Positions 62,614 to 64,000 of a stretch of 64,000 nt of DNA are shown piece by piece; position 1 is the stretch's first letter, and every line of letters begins with the position of its first letter. Below the pieces are notes generated by a model. The model ran no database searches, was not told where the DNA came from, and saw nothing but the letters and a program-made list of their open reading frames with translations. A program made the translations under genes and the position numbers. The stretch is from Emiliania huxleyi CCMP1516 (taxonomy: Eukaryota), in assembly GCF_000372725.1 (NCBI RefSeq), contig NW_005202428.1:915331-979330 (forward strand). The letters are read 5' to 3'.

Positions 62614-63468
62614 ATGTCTCAAAATCTCTCTCTCAGAAGCGGACACAAAAACTCGCGCGCGCGTGAACAGGGCTCCAGGCCCCAAATTACGTGTGAGTGT
62701 TAGAGTTGTTTGGTATTGCTAAAAATCTCTCTCTCAGAAGCGGAGCACACACGAAGATCGAAGTCGGCACAACAAAAATCCCCTTTGCAGCCAAGCCTAC
62801 AGGGCACCTAATTTTGGTGTCGCCTGGCTGCCAGTTGGCTGCCGTGTAGTCGTCGAGGGCGCGCCACTCCTTCTGCAGATCGAACCAGTTCCAGATAGTC
62901 TCGATGGCAGCAAGCGCCCGCGCGTACGGGCTTCCTGATTTGCAAGTGCCATCGATGACTGACTCCGGTGTTGGAAGAGACTCAGAAGTGGGGAGGCTGA
63001 CGCCCTTGGGGTAGAACTCAGAGATCTTGCCGCCGCGCAAGGTGTAGTAGATGTTGTCGTCGCGCGCGGCTCGGATGGAGGCCACCTCGTCTCGCCTCGA
63101 GAGCGCGGCTCTGTACGAGTTGACGAAACGAAAATTGATGGGCTTGCCCATCCCGGAGTGGTTCGACCCCACATAAATCCGAGACGGTGACGGGATGCTG
63201 TCGTACGATGGTCTCAGGCCCAGTGAGGTAGTGCATCTGACTATCCCGGATCCTGCTGACCAAGCTCCTCTTGTAGCTCGATCGGTCACACCGCCATCGC
63301 CGTCGGGGAGAGGGGGGACGACACTGCTTCGGCAGCGTGCACCTCGATCCTGTACCGTGTTTGTTATGACCCCCCCCCGATGAACACACCAGTGAGGGAG
63401 GGCGAGACGATCGAGGGGTCCCGTACCACGCGGAATCGGCCCTATCCAGTGCTCAAGTGCTCAAGGGG

Positions 63469-63582
<114 letters not shown>

Positions 63583-63629
63583 GCCAAGAGCAACCTTTTG
63601 AAATGGCGTTCACCGCAGGAACTTTGAGA

Positions 63630-63760
63630 AAAGAAAGAAAACAGACTTCCCAAGGGAGGGATGGGAGGACGGCACGCCGCCACCACACAGGGATTTTAAG
63701 GAGAGGAGTGTGGTGCTAGCCGTCGCCCACCCTCGGGCGTCTACCACTTCCTATCTCTCT
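63630..63760 (-). mobile_element. Short retro-insertion (SINE-like or 5'-truncated LINE) with a 17-bp target-site duplication
   Basis: CCGCAGGAACTTTGAGA at 63613-63629 and 63761-63777 flanks 131 bp whose minus-strand 3' end is the TTTC tail family. Confidence 0.8.
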
Positions 63761-64000
63761 CCGCAGGAACTTTGAGAGTTCCCGTACATTTCTTTATCGA
63801 GATCTCTGCTGATCGAGCCTAATCGAAGGACGGCGCCCAAAATGATGGCGCTCATGGCGGTCGCAGTGAGCCCGCTCATGGCGGTGGCAGTGAGCCCGCG
63901 CCTGCACCCGCGGCCGCGCCAGCCGCGCATCGCGGTCATGCAGGAACCCGCTCGCTCGCTCAGCACCGACTTTCTCTGTGGCGCGGATATCTTTGACGCC

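Noticed and set aside
62687..63289. RIYVGS as a GIY-YIG (Penelope) motif
   Set aside because: The upstream GIY strand and downstream conserved Arg/Glu pattern are not evident.

Overview
GC-rich, intron-containing eukaryotic DNA. The GC richness, apparent GC-donor introns with 10-11 nt micro-repeats and plastid-type presequences suggest a haptophyte alga such as Emiliania/Gephyrocapsa huxleyi (inference). There is one 100-N assembly gap. About 20 genes are recognisable, including a membrane hybrid histidine kinase, a BRCA1/BARD1-like RING-BRCT protein, RBBP9, an LKB1/STK11 kinase with a CaaX end, a fibrillin, an MFS transporter, TAF12, an apparent alpha/beta-hydrolase-fibrillin fusion, ankyrin proteins, VTE4, PX-ARM, LRR, an O-fucosyltransferase-like ORF and a membrane-anchored aspartic protease. 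The intergenic DNA is a mosaic of mobile-element pieces. These include a 1.6-kb foldback element with TIRs and a 3-bp duplication, a Tc1/mariner-type MITE with perfect TIRs, a CRE-like restriction-like endonuclease remnant, and several families of 3'-coterminal retro-tails (CAAGTGCTC, TTTC, TTTA). One tail family appears to insert into another small repeat family. Many introns are bracketed by direct duplications of the exon edge. Exon boundaries and family assignments were made by eye and are approximate.
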